Of a DNA stretch of 46,969 nt, positions 25,501 through 41,546 are shown one piece after another. Location: contig NW_025214593.1 in NCBI RefSeq assembly GCF_004010195.1, forward strand, positions 1 to 46,969. The letters are read 5' to 3'. Position 1 is the first letter of the stretch. Each line of letters starts with the position of its first letter. A program made the translations under genes and the position numbers. The notes beneath the pieces were generated by a model. It saw only the letters and a list, made by a program, of their open reading frames with translations, had not been told where the DNA came from and ran no database searches. The DNA comes from Chiloscyllium plagiosum (lineage: Eukaryota).

Positions 25501-28500
25501 TTGAAATCACACAACATCAGGTTATAGTCCGAACTCACACAGCATCAGGTTATAGTCTGAAATCACATAACATCAGGTTAGAGTCCGAAATTACGCAACA
25601 CCAGGTTATAGATTGAAATCACACAACATCAGGTTATAGTCCGAACTCACACAGCATCAGGTTATAGTCTGAAATCACATAACATCAGGTTAGAGTCCGA
25701 AATTACGCAACACCAGGTTATAGATTGAAATCACACAACATCAGGTTATAGTCCGAACTCACACAGCATCAGGTTATAGTCTGAAATCACATAACATCAG
25801 GTTAGAGTCCGAAATTACGCAACACCAGGTTATAGATTGAAATCACACAACATCAGGTTATAGTCCGAACTCACACAGCATCAGGTTATAGTCTGAAATC
25901 ACATAACATCAGGTTAGAGTCCGAAATTACGCAACACCAGGTTATAGATTGAAATCACACAACATCAGGTTATAGTCCGAACTCACACAGCATCAGGTTA
26001 TAGTCTGAAATCACATAACATCAGGTTAGAGTCCGAAATTACGCAACACCAGGTTATAGATTGAAATCACACAACATCAGGTTATAGTCCGAACTCACAC
26101 AGCATCAGGTTATAGTCTGAAATCACATAACATCAGGTTAGAGTCCGAAATTACGCAACACCAGGTTATAGATTGAAATCACACAACATCAGGTTATAGT
26201 CCGAACTCACACAGCATCAGGTTATAGTCTGAAATCACATAACATCAGGTTAGAGTCCGAAATTACGCAACACCAGGTTATAGATTGAAATCACACAACA
26301 TCAGGTTATAGTCCGAACTCACACAGCATCAGGTTATAGTCTGAAATCACATAACATCAGGTTAGAGTCCGAAATTACGCAACACCAGGTTATAGATTGA
26401 AATCACACAACATCAGGTTATAGTCCGAACTCACACAGCATCAGGTTATAGTCTGAAATCACATAACATCAGGTTAGAGTCCGAAATTACGCAACACCAG
26501 GTTATAGATTGAAATCACACAACATCAGGTTATAGTCCGAACTCACACAGCATCAGGTTATAGTCTGAAATCACATAACATCAGGTTAGAGTCCGAAATT
26601 ACGCAACACCAGGTTATAGATTGAAATCACACAACATCAGGTTATAGTCCGAACTCACACAGCATCAGGTTATAGTCTGAAATCACATAACATCAGGTTA
26701 GAGTCCGAAATTACGCAACACCAGGTTATAGATTGAAATCACACAACATCAGGTTATAGTCCGAACTCACACAGCATCAGGTTATAGTCTGAAATCACAT
26801 AACATCAGGTTAGAGTCCGAAATTACGCAACACCAGGTTATAGATTGAAATCACACAACATCAGGTTATAGTCCGAACTCACACAGCATCAGGTTATAGT
26901 CTGAAATCACATAACATCAGGTTAGAGTCCGAAATTACGCAACACCAGGTTATAGATTGAAATCACACAACATCAGGTTATAGTCCGAACTCACACAGCA
27001 TCAGGTTATAGTCTGAAATCACATAACATCAGGTTAGAGTCCGAAATTACGCAACACCAGGTTATAGATTGAAATCACACAACATCAGGTTATAGTCCGA
27101 ACTCACACAGCATCAGGTTATAGTCTGAAATCACATAACATCAGGTTAGAGTCCGAAATTACGCAACACCAGGTTATAGATTGAAATCACACAACATCAG
27201 GTTATAGTCCGAACTCACACAGCATCAGGTTATAGTCTGAAATCACATAACATCAGGTTAGAGTCCGAAATTACGCAACACCAGGTTATAGATTGAAATC
27301 ACACAACATCAGGTTATAGTCCGAACTCACACAGCATCAGGTTATAGTCTGAAATCACATAACATCAGGTTAGAGTCCGAAATTACGCAACACCAGGTTA
27401 TAGATTGAAATCACACAACATCAGGTTATAGTCCGAACTCACACAGCATCAGGTTATAGTCTGAAATCACATAACATCAGGTTAGAGTCCGAAATTACGC
27501 AACACCAGGTTATAGATTGAAATCACACAACATCAGGTTATAGTCCGAACTCACACAGCATCAGGTTATAGTCTGAAATCACATAACATCAGGTTAGAGT
27601 CCGAAATTACGCAACACCAGGTTATAGATTGAAATCACACAACATCAGGTTATAGTCCGAACTCACACAGCATCAGGTTATAGTCTGAAATCACATAACA
27701 TCAGGTTAGAGTCCGAAATTACGCAACACCAGGTTATAGATTGAAATCACACAACATCAGGTTATAGTCCGAACTCACACAGCATCAGGTTATAGTCTGA
27801 AATCACATAACATCAGGTTAGAGTCCGAAATTACGCAACACCAGGTTATAGATTGAAATCACACAACATCAGGTTATAGTCCGAACTCACACAGCATCAG
27901 GTTATAGTCTGAAATCACATAACATCAGGTTAGAGTCCGAAATTACGCAACACCAGGTTATAGATTGAAATCACACAACATCAGGTTATAGTCCGAACTC
28001 ACACAGCATCAGGTTATAGTCTGAAATCACATAACATCAGGTTAGAGTCCGAAATTACGCAACACCAGGTTATAGATTGAAATCACACAACATCAGGTTA
28101 TAGTCCGAACTCACACAGCATCAGGTTATAGTCTGAAATCACATAACATCAGGTTAGAGTCCGAAATTACGCAACACCAGGTTATAGATTGAAATCACAC
28201 AACATCAGGTTATAGTCCGAACTCACACAGCATCAGGTTATAGTCTGAAATCACATAACATCAGGTTAGAGTCCGAAATTACGCAACACCAGGTTATAGA
28301 TTGAAATCACACAACATCAGGTTATAGTCCGAACTCACACAGCATCAGGTTATAGTCTGAAATCACATAACATCAGGTTAGAGTCCGAAATTACGCAACA
28401 CCAGGTTATAGATTGAAATCACACAACATCAGGTTATAGTCCGAACTCACACAGCATCAGGTTATAGTCTGAAATCACATAACATCAGGTTAGAGTCCGA

Positions 28501-31500
28501 AATTACGCAACACCAGGTTATAGATTGAAATCACACAACATCAGGTTATAGTCCGAACTCACACAGCATCAGGTTATAGTCTGAAATCACATAACATCAG
28601 GTTAGAGTCCGAAATTACGCAACACCAGGTTATAGATTGAAATCACACAACATCAGGTTATAGTCCGAACTCACACAGCATCAGGTTATAGTCTGAAATC
28701 ACATAACATCAGGTTAGAGTCCGAAATTACGCAACACCAGGTTATAGATTGAAATCACACAACATCAGGTTATAGTCCGAACTCACACAGCATCAGGTTA
28801 TAGTCTGAAATCACATAACATCAGGTTAGAGTCCGAAATTACGCAACACCAGGTTATAGATTGAAATCACACAACATCAGGTTATAGTCCGAACTCACAC
28901 AGCATCAGGTTATAGTCTGAAATCACATAACATCAGGTTAGAGTCCGAAATTACGCAACACCAGGTTATAGATTGAAATCACACAACATCAGGTTATAGT
29001 CCGAACTCACACAGCATCAGGTTATAGTCTGAAATCACATAACATCAGGTTAGAGTCCGAAATTACGCAACACCAGGTTATAGATTGAAATCACACAACA
29101 TCAGGTTATAGTCCGAACTCACACAGCATCAGGTTATAGTCTGAAATCACATAACATCAGGTTAGAGTCCGAAATTACGCAACACCAGGTTATAGATTGA
29201 AATCACACAACATCAGGTTATAGTCCGAACTCACACAGCATCAGGTTATAGTCTGAAATCACATAACATCAGGTTAGAGTCCGAAATTACGCAACACCAG
29301 GTTATAGATTGAAATCACACAACATCAGGTTATAGTCCGAACTCACACAGCATCAGGTTATAGTCTGAAATCACATAACATCAGGTTAGAGTCCGAAATT
29401 ACGCAACACCAGGTTATAGATTGAAATCACACAACATCAGGTTATAGTCCGAACTCACACAGCATCAGGTTATAGTCTGAAATCACATAACATCAGGTTA
29501 GAGTCCGAAATTACGCAACACCAGGTTATAGATTGAAATCACACAACATCAGGTTATAGTCCGAACTCACACAGCATCAGGTTATAGTCTGAAATCACAT
29601 AACATCAGGTTAGAGTCCGAAATTACGCAACACCAGGTTATAGATTGAAATCACACAACATCAGGTTATAGTCCGAACTCACACAGCATCAGGTTATAGT
29701 CTGAAATCACATAACATCAGGTTAGAGTCCGAAATTACGCAACACCAGGTTATAGATTGAAATCACACAACATCAGGTTATAGTCCGAACTCACACAGCA
29801 TCAGGTTATAGTCTGAAATCACATAACATCAGGTTAGAGTCCGAAATTACGCAACACCAGGTTATAGATTGAAATCACACAACATCAGGTTATAGTCCGA
29901 ACTCACACAGCATCAGGTTATAGTCTGAAATCACATAACATCAGGTTAGAGTCCGAAATTACGCAACACCAGGTTATAGATTGAAATCACACAACATCAG
30001 GTTATAGTCCGAACTCACACAGCATCAGGTTATAGTCTGAAATCACATAACATCAGGTTAGAGTCCGAAATTACGCAACACCAGGTTATAGATTGAAATC
30101 ACACAACATCAGGTTATAGTCCGAACTCACACAGCATCAGGTTATAGTCTGAAATCACATAACATCAGGTTAGAGTCCGAAATTACGCAACACCAGGTTA
30201 TAGATTGAAATCACACAACATCAGGTTATAGTCCGAACTCACACAGCATCAGGTTATAGTCTGAAATCACATAACATCAGGTTAGAGTCCGAAATTACGC
30301 AACACCAGGTTATAGATTGAAATCACACAACATCAGGTTATAGTCCGAACTCACACAGCATCAGGTTATAGTCTGAAATCACATAACATCAGGTTAGAGT
30401 CCGAAATTACGCAACACCAGGTTATAGATTGAAATCACACAACATCAGGTTATAGTCCGAACTCACACAGCATCAGGTTATAGTCTGAAATCACATAACA
30501 TCAGGTTAGAGTCCGAAATTACGCAACACCAGGTTATAGATTGAAATCACACAACATCAGGTTATAGTCCGAACTCACACAGCATCAGGTTATAGTCTGA
30601 AATCACATAACATCAGGTTAGAGTCCGAAATTACGCAACACCAGGTTATAGATTGAAATCACACAACATCAGGTTATAGTCCGAACTCACACAGCATCAG
30701 GTTATAGTCTGAAATCACATAACATCAGGTTAGAGTCCGAAATTACGCAACACCAGGTTATAGATTGAAATCACACAACATCAGGTTATAGTCCGAACTC
30801 ACACAGCATCAGGTTATAGTCTGAAATCACATAACATCAGGTTAGAGTCCGAAATTACGCAACACCAGGTTATAGATTGAAATCACACAACATCAGGTTA
30901 TAGTCCGAACTCACACAGCATCAGGTTATAGTCTGAAATCACATAACATCAGGTTAGAGTCCGAAATTACGCAACACCAGGTTATAGATTGAAATCACAC
31001 AACATCAGGTTATAGTCCGAACTCACACAGCATCAGGTTATAGTCTGAAATCACATAACATCAGGTTAGAGTCCGAAATTACGCAACACCAGGTTATAGA
31101 TTGAAATCACACAACATCAGGTTATAGTCCGAACTCACACAGCATCAGGTTATAGTCTGAAATCACATAACATCAGGTTAGAGTCCGAAATTACGCAACA
31201 CCAGGTTATAGATTGAAATCACACAACATCAGGTTATAGTCCGAACTCACACAGCATCAGGTTATAGTCTGAAATCACATAACATCAGGTTAGAGTCCGA
31301 AATTACGCAACACCAGGTTATAGATTGAAATCACACAACATCAGGTTATAGTCCGAACTCACACAGCATCAGGTTATAGTCTGAAATCACATAACATCAG
31401 GTTAGAGTCCGAAATTACGCAACACCAGGTTATAGATTGAAATCACACAACATCAGGTTATAGTCCGAACTCACACAGCATCAGGTTATAGTCTGAAATC

Positions 31501-34500
31501 ACATAACATCAGGTTAGAGTCCGAAATTACGCAACACCAGGTTATAGATTGAAATCACACAACATCAGGTTATAGTCCGAACTCACACAGCATCAGGTTA
31601 TAGTCTGAAATCACATAACATCAGGTTAGAGTCCGAAATTACGCAACACCAGGTTATAGATTGAAATCACACAACATCAGGTTATAGTCCGAACTCACAC
31701 AGCATCAGGTTATAGTCTGAAATCACATAACATCAGGTTAGAGTCCGAAATTACGCAACACCAGGTTATAGATTGAAATCACACAACATCAGGTTATAGT
31801 CCGAACTCACACAGCATCAGGTTATAGTCTGAAATCACATAACATCAGGTTAGAGTCCGAAATTACGCAACACCAGGTTATAGATTGAAATCACACAACA
31901 TCAGGTTATAGTCCGAACTCACACAGCATCAGGTTATAGTCTGAAATCACATAACATCAGGTTAGAGTCCGAAATTACGCAACACCAGGTTATAGATTGA
32001 AATCACACAACATCAGGTTATAGTCCGAACTCACACAGCATCAGGTTATAGTCTGAAATCACATAACATCAGGTTAGAGTCCGAAATTACGCAACACCAG
32101 GTTATAGATTGAAATCACACAACATCAGGTTATAGTCCGAACTCACACAGCATCAGGTTATAGTCTGAAATCACATAACATCAGGTTAGAGTCCGAAATT
32201 ACGCAACACCAGGTTATAGATTGAAATCACACAACATCAGGTTATAGTCCGAACTCACACAGCATCAGGTTATAGTCTGAAATCACATAACATCAGGTTA
32301 GAGTCCGAAATTACGCAACACCAGGTTATAGATTGAAATCACACAACATCAGGTTATAGTCCGAACTCACACAGCATCAGGTTATAGTCTGAAATCACAT
32401 AACATCAGGTTAGAGTCCGAAATTACGCAACACCAGGTTATAGATTGAAATCACACAACATCAGGTTATAGTCCGAACTCACACAGCATCAGGTTATAGT
32501 CTGAAATCACATAACATCAGGTTAGAGTCCGAAATTACGCAACACCAGGTTATAGATTGAAATCACACAACATCAGGTTATAGTCCGAACTCACACAGCA
32601 TCAGGTTATAGTCTGAAATCACATAACATCAGGTTAGAGTCCGAAATTACGCAACACCAGGTTATAGATTGAAATCACACAACATCAGGTTATAGTCCGA
32701 ACTCACACAGCATCAGGTTATAGTCTGAAATCACATAACATCAGGTTAGAGTCCGAAATTACGCAACACCAGGTTATAGATTGAAATCACACAACATCAG
32801 GTTATAGTCCGAACTCACACAGCATCAGGTTATAGTCTGAAATCACATAACATCAGGTTAGAGTCCGAAATTACGCAACACCAGGTTATAGATTGAAATC
32901 ACACAACATCAGGTTATAGTCCGAACTCACACAGCATCAGGTTATAGTCTGAAATCACATAACATCAGGTTAGAGTCCGAAATTACGCAACACCAGGTTA
33001 TAGATTGAAATCACACAACATCAGGTTATAGTCCGAACTCACACAGCATCAGGTTATAGTCTGAAATCACATAACATCAGGTTAGAGTCCGAAATTACGC
33101 AACACCAGGTTATAGATTGAAATCACACAACATCAGGTTATAGTCCGAACTCACACAGCATCAGGTTATAGTCTGAAATCACATAACATCAGGTTAGAGT
33201 CCGAAATTACGCAACACCAGGTTATAGATTGAAATCACACAACATCAGGTTATAGTCCGAACTCACACAGCATCAGGTTATAGTCTGAAATCACATAACA
33301 TCAGGTTAGAGTCCGAAATTACGCAACACCAGGTTATAGATTGAAATCACACAACATCAGGTTATAGTCCGAACTCACACAGCATCAGGTTATAGTCTGA
33401 AATCACATAACATCAGGTTAGAGTCCGAAATTACGCAACACCAGGTTATAGATTGAAATCACACAACATCAGGTTATAGTCCGAACTCACACAGCATCAG
33501 GTTATAGTCTGAAATCACATAACATCAGGTTAGAGTCCGAAATTACGCAACACCAGGTTATAGATTGAAATCACACAACATCAGGTTATAGTCCGAACTC
33601 ACACAGCATCAGGTTATAGTCTGAAATCACATAACATCAGGTTAGAGTCCGAAATTACGCAACACCAGGTTATAGATTGAAATCACACAACATCAGGTTA
33701 TAGTCCGAACTCACACAGCATCAGGTTATAGTCTGAAATCACATAACATCAGGTTAGAGTCCGAAATTACGCAACACCAGGTTATAGATTGAAATCACAC
33801 AACATCAGGTTATAGTCCGAACTCACACAGCATCAGGTTATAGTCTGAAATCACATAACATCAGGTTAGAGTCCGAAATTACGCAACACCAGGTTATAGA
33901 TTGAAATCACACAACATCAGGTTATAGTCCGAACTCACACAGCATCAGGTTATAGTCTGAAATCACATAACATCAGGTTAGAGTCCGAAATTACGCAACA
34001 CCAGGTTATAGATTGAAATCACACAACATCAGGTTATAGTCCGAACTCACACAGCATCAGGTTATAGTCTGAAATCACATAACATCAGGTTAGAGTCCGA
34101 AATTACGCAACACCAGGTTATAGATTGAAATCACACAACATCAGGTTATAGTCCGAACTCACACAGCATCAGGTTATAGTCTGAAATCACATAACATCAG
34201 GTTAGAGTCCGAAATTACGCAACACCAGGTTATAGATTGAAATCACACAACATCAGGTTATAGTCCGAACTCACACAGCATCAGGTTATAGTCTGAAATC
34301 ACATAACATCAGGTTAGAGTCCGAAATTACGCAACACCAGGTTATAGATTGAAATCACACAACATCAGGTTATAGTCCGAACTCACACAGCATCAGGTTA
34401 TAGTCTGAAATCACATAACATCAGGTTAGAGTCCGAAATTACGCAACACCAGGTTATAGATTGAAATCACACAACATCAGGTTATAGTCCGAACTCACAC

Positions 34501-37500
34501 AGCATCAGGTTATAGTCTGAAATCACATAACATCAGGTTAGAGTCCGAAATTACGCAACACCAGGTTATAGATTGAAATCACACAACATCAGGTTATAGT
34601 CCGAACTCACACAGCATCAGGTTATAGTCTGAAATCACATAACATCAGGTTAGAGTCCGAAATTACGCAACACCAGGTTATAGATTGAAATCACACAACA
34701 TCAGGTTATAGTCCGAACTCACACAGCATCAGGTTATAGTCTGAAATCACATAACATCAGGTTAGAGTCCGAAATTACGCAACACCAGGTTATAGATTGA
34801 AATCACACAACATCAGGTTATAGTCCGAACTCACACAGCATCAGGTTATAGTCTGAAATCACATAACATCAGGTTAGAGTCCGAAATTACGCAACACCAG
34901 GTTATAGATTGAAATCACACAACATCAGGTTATAGTCCGAACTCACACAGCATCAGGTTATAGTCTGAAATCACATAACATCAGGTTAGAGTCCGAAATT
35001 ACGCAACACCAGGTTATAGATTGAAATCACACAACATCAGGTTATAGTCCGAACTCACACAGCATCAGGTTATAGTCTGAAATCACATAACATCAGGTTA
35101 GAGTCCGAAATTACGCAACACCAGGTTATAGATTGAAATCACACAACATCAGGTTATAGTCCGAACTCACACAGCATCAGGTTATAGTCTGAAATCACAT
35201 AACATCAGGTTAGAGTCCGAAATTACGCAACACCAGGTTATAGATTGAAATCACACAACATCAGGTTATAGTCCGAACTCACACAGCATCAGGTTATAGT
35301 CTGAAATCACATAACATCAGGTTAGAGTCCGAAATTACGCAACACCAGGTTATAGATTGAAATCACACAACATCAGGTTATAGTCCGAACTCACACAGCA
35401 TCAGGTTATAGTCTGAAATCACATAACATCAGGTTAGAGTCCGAAATTACGCAACACCAGGTTATAGATTGAAATCACACAACATCAGGTTATAGTCCGA
35501 ACTCACACAGCATCAGGTTATAGTCTGAAATCACATAACATCAGGTTAGAGTCCGAAATTACGCAACACCAGGTTATAGATTGAAATCACACAACATCAG
35601 GTTATAGTCCGAACTCACACAGCATCAGGTTATAGTCTGAAATCACATAACATCAGGTTAGAGTCCGAAATTACGCAACACCAGGTTATAGATTGAAATC
35701 ACACAACATCAGGTTATAGTCCGAACTCACACAGCATCAGGTTATAGTCTGAAATCACATAACATCAGGTTAGAGTCCGAAATTACGCAACACCAGGTTA
35801 TAGATTGAAATCACACAACATCAGGTTATAGTCCGAACTCACACAGCATCAGGTTATAGTCTGAAATCACATAACATCAGGTTAGAGTCCGAAATTACGC
35901 AACACCAGGTTATAGATTGAAATCACACAACATCAGGTTATAGTCCGAACTCACACAGCATCAGGTTATAGTCTGAAATCACATAACATCAGGTTAGAGT
36001 CCGAAATTACGCAACACCAGGTTATAGATTGAAATCACACAACATCAGGTTATAGTCCGAACTCACACAGCATCAGGTTATAGTCTGAAATCACATAACA
36101 TCAGGTTAGAGTCCGAAATTACGCAACACCAGGTTATAGATTGAAATCACACAACATCAGGTTATAGTCCGAACTCACACAGCATCAGGTTATAGTCTGA
36201 AATCACATAACATCAGGTTAGAGTCCGAAATTACGCAACACCAGGTTATAGATTGAAATCACACAACATCAGGTTATAGTCCGAACTCACACAGCATCAG
36301 GTTATAGTCTGAAATCACATAACATCAGGTTAGAGTCCGAAATTACGCAACACCAGGTTATAGATTGAAATCACACAACATCAGGTTATAGTCCGAACTC
36401 ACACAGCATCAGGTTATAGTCTGAAATCACATAACATCAGGTTAGAGTCCGAAATTACGCAACACCAGGTTATAGATTGAAATCACACAACATCAGGTTA
36501 TAGTCCGAACTCACACAGCATCAGGTTATAGTCTGAAATCACATAACATCAGGTTAGAGTCCGAAATTACGCAACACCAGGTTATAGATTGAAATCACAC
36601 AACATCAGGTTATAGTCCGAACTCACACAGCATCAGGTTATAGTCTGAAATCACATAACATCAGGTTAGAGTCCGAAATTACGCAACACCAGGTTATAGA
36701 TTGAAATCACACAACATCAGGTTATAGTCCGAACTCACACAGCATCAGGTTATAGTCTGAAATCACATAACATCAGGTTAGAGTCCGAAATTACGCAACA
36801 CCAGGTTATAGATTGAAATCACACAACATCAGGTTATAGTCCGAACTCACACAGCATCAGGTTATAGTCTGAAATCACATAACATCAGGTTAGAGTCCGA
36901 AATTACGCAACACCAGGTTATAGATTGAAATCACACAACATCAGGTTATAGTCCGAACTCACACAGCATCAGGTTATAGTCTGAAATCACATAACATCAG
37001 GTTAGAGTCCGAAATTACGCAACACCAGGTTATAGATTGAAATCACACAACATCAGGTTATAGTCCGAACTCACACAGCATCAGGTTATAGTCTGAAATC
37101 ACATAACATCAGGTTAGAGTCCGAAATTACGCAACACCAGGTTATAGATTGAAATCACACAACATCAGGTTATAGTCCGAACTCACACAGCATCAGGTTA
37201 TAGTCTGAAATCACATAACATCAGGTTAGAGTCCGAAATTACGCAACACCAGGTTATAGATTGAAATCACACAACATCAGGTTATAGTCCGAACTCACAC
37301 AGCATCAGGTTATAGTCTGAAATCACATAACATCAGGTTAGAGTCCGAAATTACGCAACACCAGGTTATAGATTGAAATCACACAACATCAGGTTATAGT
37401 CCGAACTCACACAGCATCAGGTTATAGTCTGAAATCACATAACATCAGGTTAGAGTCCGAAATTACGCAACACCAGGTTATAGATTGAAATCACACAACA

Positions 37501-40500
37501 TCAGGTTATAGTCCGAACTCACACAGCATCAGGTTATAGTCTGAAATCACATAACATCAGGTTAGAGTCCGAAATTACGCAACACCAGGTTATAGATTGA
37601 AATCACACAACATCAGGTTATAGTCCGAACTCACACAGCATCAGGTTATAGTCTGAAATCACATAACATCAGGTTAGAGTCCGAAATTACGCAACACCAG
37701 GTTATAGATTGAAATCACACAACATCAGGTTATAGTCCGAACTCACACAGCATCAGGTTATAGTCTGAAATCACATAACATCAGGTTAGAGTCCGAAATT
37801 ACGCAACACCAGGTTATAGATTGAAATCACACAACATCAGGTTATAGTCCGAACTCACACAGCATCAGGTTATAGTCTGAAATCACATAACATCAGGTTA
37901 GAGTCCGAAATTACGCAACACCAGGTTATAGATTGAAATCACACAACATCAGGTTATAGTCCGAACTCACACAGCATCAGGTTATAGTCTGAAATCACAT
38001 AACATCAGGTTAGAGTCCGAAATTACGCAACACCAGGTTATAGATTGAAATCACACAACATCAGGTTATAGTCCGAACTCACACAGCATCAGGTTATAGT
38101 CTGAAATCACATAACATCAGGTTAGAGTCCGAAATTACGCAACACCAGGTTATAGATTGAAATCACACAACATCAGGTTATAGTCCGAACTCACACAGCA
38201 TCAGGTTATAGTCTGAAATCACATAACATCAGGTTAGAGTCCGAAATTACGCAACACCAGGTTATAGATTGAAATCACACAACATCAGGTTATAGTCCGA
38301 ACTCACACAGCATCAGGTTATAGTCTGAAATCACATAACATCAGGTTAGAGTCCGAAATTACGCAACACCAGGTTATAGATTGAAATCACACAACATCAG
38401 GTTATAGTCCGAACTCACACAGCATCAGGTTATAGTCTGAAATCACATAACATCAGGTTAGAGTCCGAAATTACGCAACACCAGGTTATAGATTGAAATC
38501 ACACAACATCAGGTTATAGTCCGAACTCACACAGCATCAGGTTATAGTCTGAAATCACATAACATCAGGTTAGAGTCCGAAATTACGCAACACCAGGTTA
38601 TAGATTGAAATCACACAACATCAGGTTATAGTCCGAACTCACACAGCATCAGGTTATAGTCTGAAATCACATAACATCAGGTTAGAGTCCGAAATTACGC
38701 AACACCAGGTTATAGATTGAAATCACACAACATCAGGTTATAGTCCGAACTCACACAGCATCAGGTTATAGTCTGAAATCACATAACATCAGGTTAGAGT
38801 CCGAAATTACGCAACACCAGGTTATAGATTGAAATCACACAACATCAGGTTATAGTCCGAACTCACACAGCATCAGGTTATAGTCTGAAATCACATAACA
38901 TCAGGTTAGAGTCCGAAATTACGCAACACCAGGTTATAGATTGAAATCACACAACATCAGGTTATAGTCCGAACTCACACAGCATCAGGTTATAGTCTGA
39001 AATCACATAACATCAGGTTAGAGTCCGAAATTACGCAACACCAGGTTATAGATTGAAATCACACAACATCAGGTTATAGTCCGAACTCACACAGCATCAG
39101 GTTATAGTCTGAAATCACATAACATCAGGTTAGAGTCCGAAATTACGCAACACCAGGTTATAGATTGAAATCACACAACATCAGGTTATAGTCCGAACTC
39201 ACACAGCATCAGGTTATAGTCTGAAATCACATAACATCAGGTTAGAGTCCGAAATTACGCAACACCAGGTTATAGATTGAAATCACACAACATCAGGTTA
39301 TAGTCCGAACTCACACAGCATCAGGTTATAGTCTGAAATCACATAACATCAGGTTAGAGTCCGAAATTACGCAACACCAGGTTATAGATTGAAATCACAC
39401 AACATCAGGTTATAGTCCGAACTCACACAGCATCAGGTTATAGTCTGAAATCACATAACATCAGGTTAGAGTCCGAAATTACGCAACACCAGGTTATAGA
39501 TTGAAATCACACAACATCAGGTTATAGTCCGAACTCACACAGCATCAGGTTATAGTCTGAAATCACATAACATCAGGTTAGAGTCCGAAATTACGCAACA
39601 CCAGGTTATAGATTGAAATCACACAACATCAGGTTATAGTCCGAACTCACACAGCATCAGGTTATAGTCTGAAATCACATAACATCAGGTTAGAGTCCGA
39701 AATTACGCAACACCAGGTTATAGATTGAAATCACACAACATCAGGTTATAGTCCGAACTCACACAGCATCAGGTTATAGTCTGAAATCACATAACATCAG
39801 GTTAGAGTCCGAAATTACGCAACACCAGGTTATAGATTGAAATCACACAACATCAGGTTATAGTCCGAACTCACACAGCATCAGGTTATAGTCTGAAATC
39901 ACATAACATCAGGTTAGAGTCCGAAATTACGCAACACCAGGTTATAGATTGAAATCACACAACATCAGGTTATAGTCCGAACTCACACAGCATCAGGTTA
40001 TAGTCTGAAATCACATAACATCAGGTTAGAGTCCGAAATTACGCAACACCAGGTTATAGATTGAAATCACACAACATCAGGTTATAGTCCGAACTCACAC
40101 AGCATCAGGTTATAGTCTGAAATCACATAACATCAGGTTAGAGTCCGAAATTACGCAACACCAGGTTATAGATTGAAATCACACAACATCAGGTTATAGT
40201 CCGAACTCACACAGCATCAGGTTATAGTCTGAAATCACATAACATCAGGTTAGAGTCCGAAATTACGCAACACCAGGTTATAGATTGAAATCACACAACA
40301 TCAGGTTATAGTCCGAACTCACACAGCATCAGGTTATAGTCTGAAATCACATAACATCAGGTTAGAGTCCGAAATTACGCAACACCAGGTTATAGATTGA
40401 AATCACACAACATCAGGTTATAGTCCGAACTCACACAGCATCAGGTTATAGTCTGAAATCACATAACATCAGGTTAGAGTCCGAAATTACGCAACACCAG

Positions 40501-41546
40501 GTTATAGATTGAAATCACACAACATCAGGTTATAGTCCGAACTCACACAGCATCAGGTTATAGTCTGAAATCACATAACATCAGGTTAGAGTCCGAAATT
40601 ACGCAACACCAGGTTATAGATTGAAATCACACAACATCAGGTTATAGTCCGAACTCACACAGCATCAGGTTATAGTCTGAAATCACATAACATCAGGTTA
40701 GAGTCCGAAATTACGCAACACCAGGTTATAGATTGAAATCACACAACATCAGGTTATAGTCCGAACTCACACAGCATCAGGTTATAGTCTGAAATCACAT
40801 AACATCAGGTTAGAGTCCGAAATTACGCAACACCAGGTTATAGATTGAAATCACACAACATCAGGTTATAGTCCGAACTCACACAGCATCAGGTTATAGT
40901 CTGAAATCACATAACATCAGGTTAGAGTCCGAAATTACGCAACACCAGGTTATAGATTGAAATCACACAACATCAGGTTATAGTCCGAACTCACACAGCA
41001 TCAGGTTATAGTCTGAAATCACATAACATCAGGTTAGAGTCCGAAATTACGCAACACCAGGTTATAGATTGAAATCACACAACATCAGGTTATAGTCCGA
41101 ACTCACACAGCATCAGGTTATAGTCTGAAATCACATAACATCAGGTTAGAGTCCGAAATTACGCAACACCAGGTTATAGATTGAAATCACACAACATCAG
41201 GTTATAGTCCGAACTCACACAGCATCAGGTTATAGTCTGAAATCACATAACATCAGGTTAGAGTCCGAAATTACGCAACACCAGGTTATAGATTGAAATC
41301 ACACAACATCAGGTTATAGTCCGAACTCACACAGCATCAGGTTATAGTCTGAAATCACATAACATCAGGTTAGAGTCCGAAATTACGCAACACCAGGTTA
41401 TAGATTGAAATCACACAACATCAGGTTATAGTCCGAACTCACACAGCATCAGGTTATAGTCTGAAATCACATAACATCAGGTTAGAGTCCGAAATTACGC
41501 AACACCAGGTTATAGATTGAAATCACACAACATCAGGTTATAGTCC
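22568..41546. repeat. Satellite higher-order repeat: ~169 copies of a 112-bp unit (4 x 28-bp monomers)
   Basis: Unit gaaattacgcaacaccaggttatagatt / gaaatcacacaacatcaggttatagtcc / gaactcacacagcatcaggttatagtct / gaaatcacataacatcaggttagagtcc. The same monomer starts at 22591 and 41519 (169 x 112). No variants seen by eye. Confidence 0.97.
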
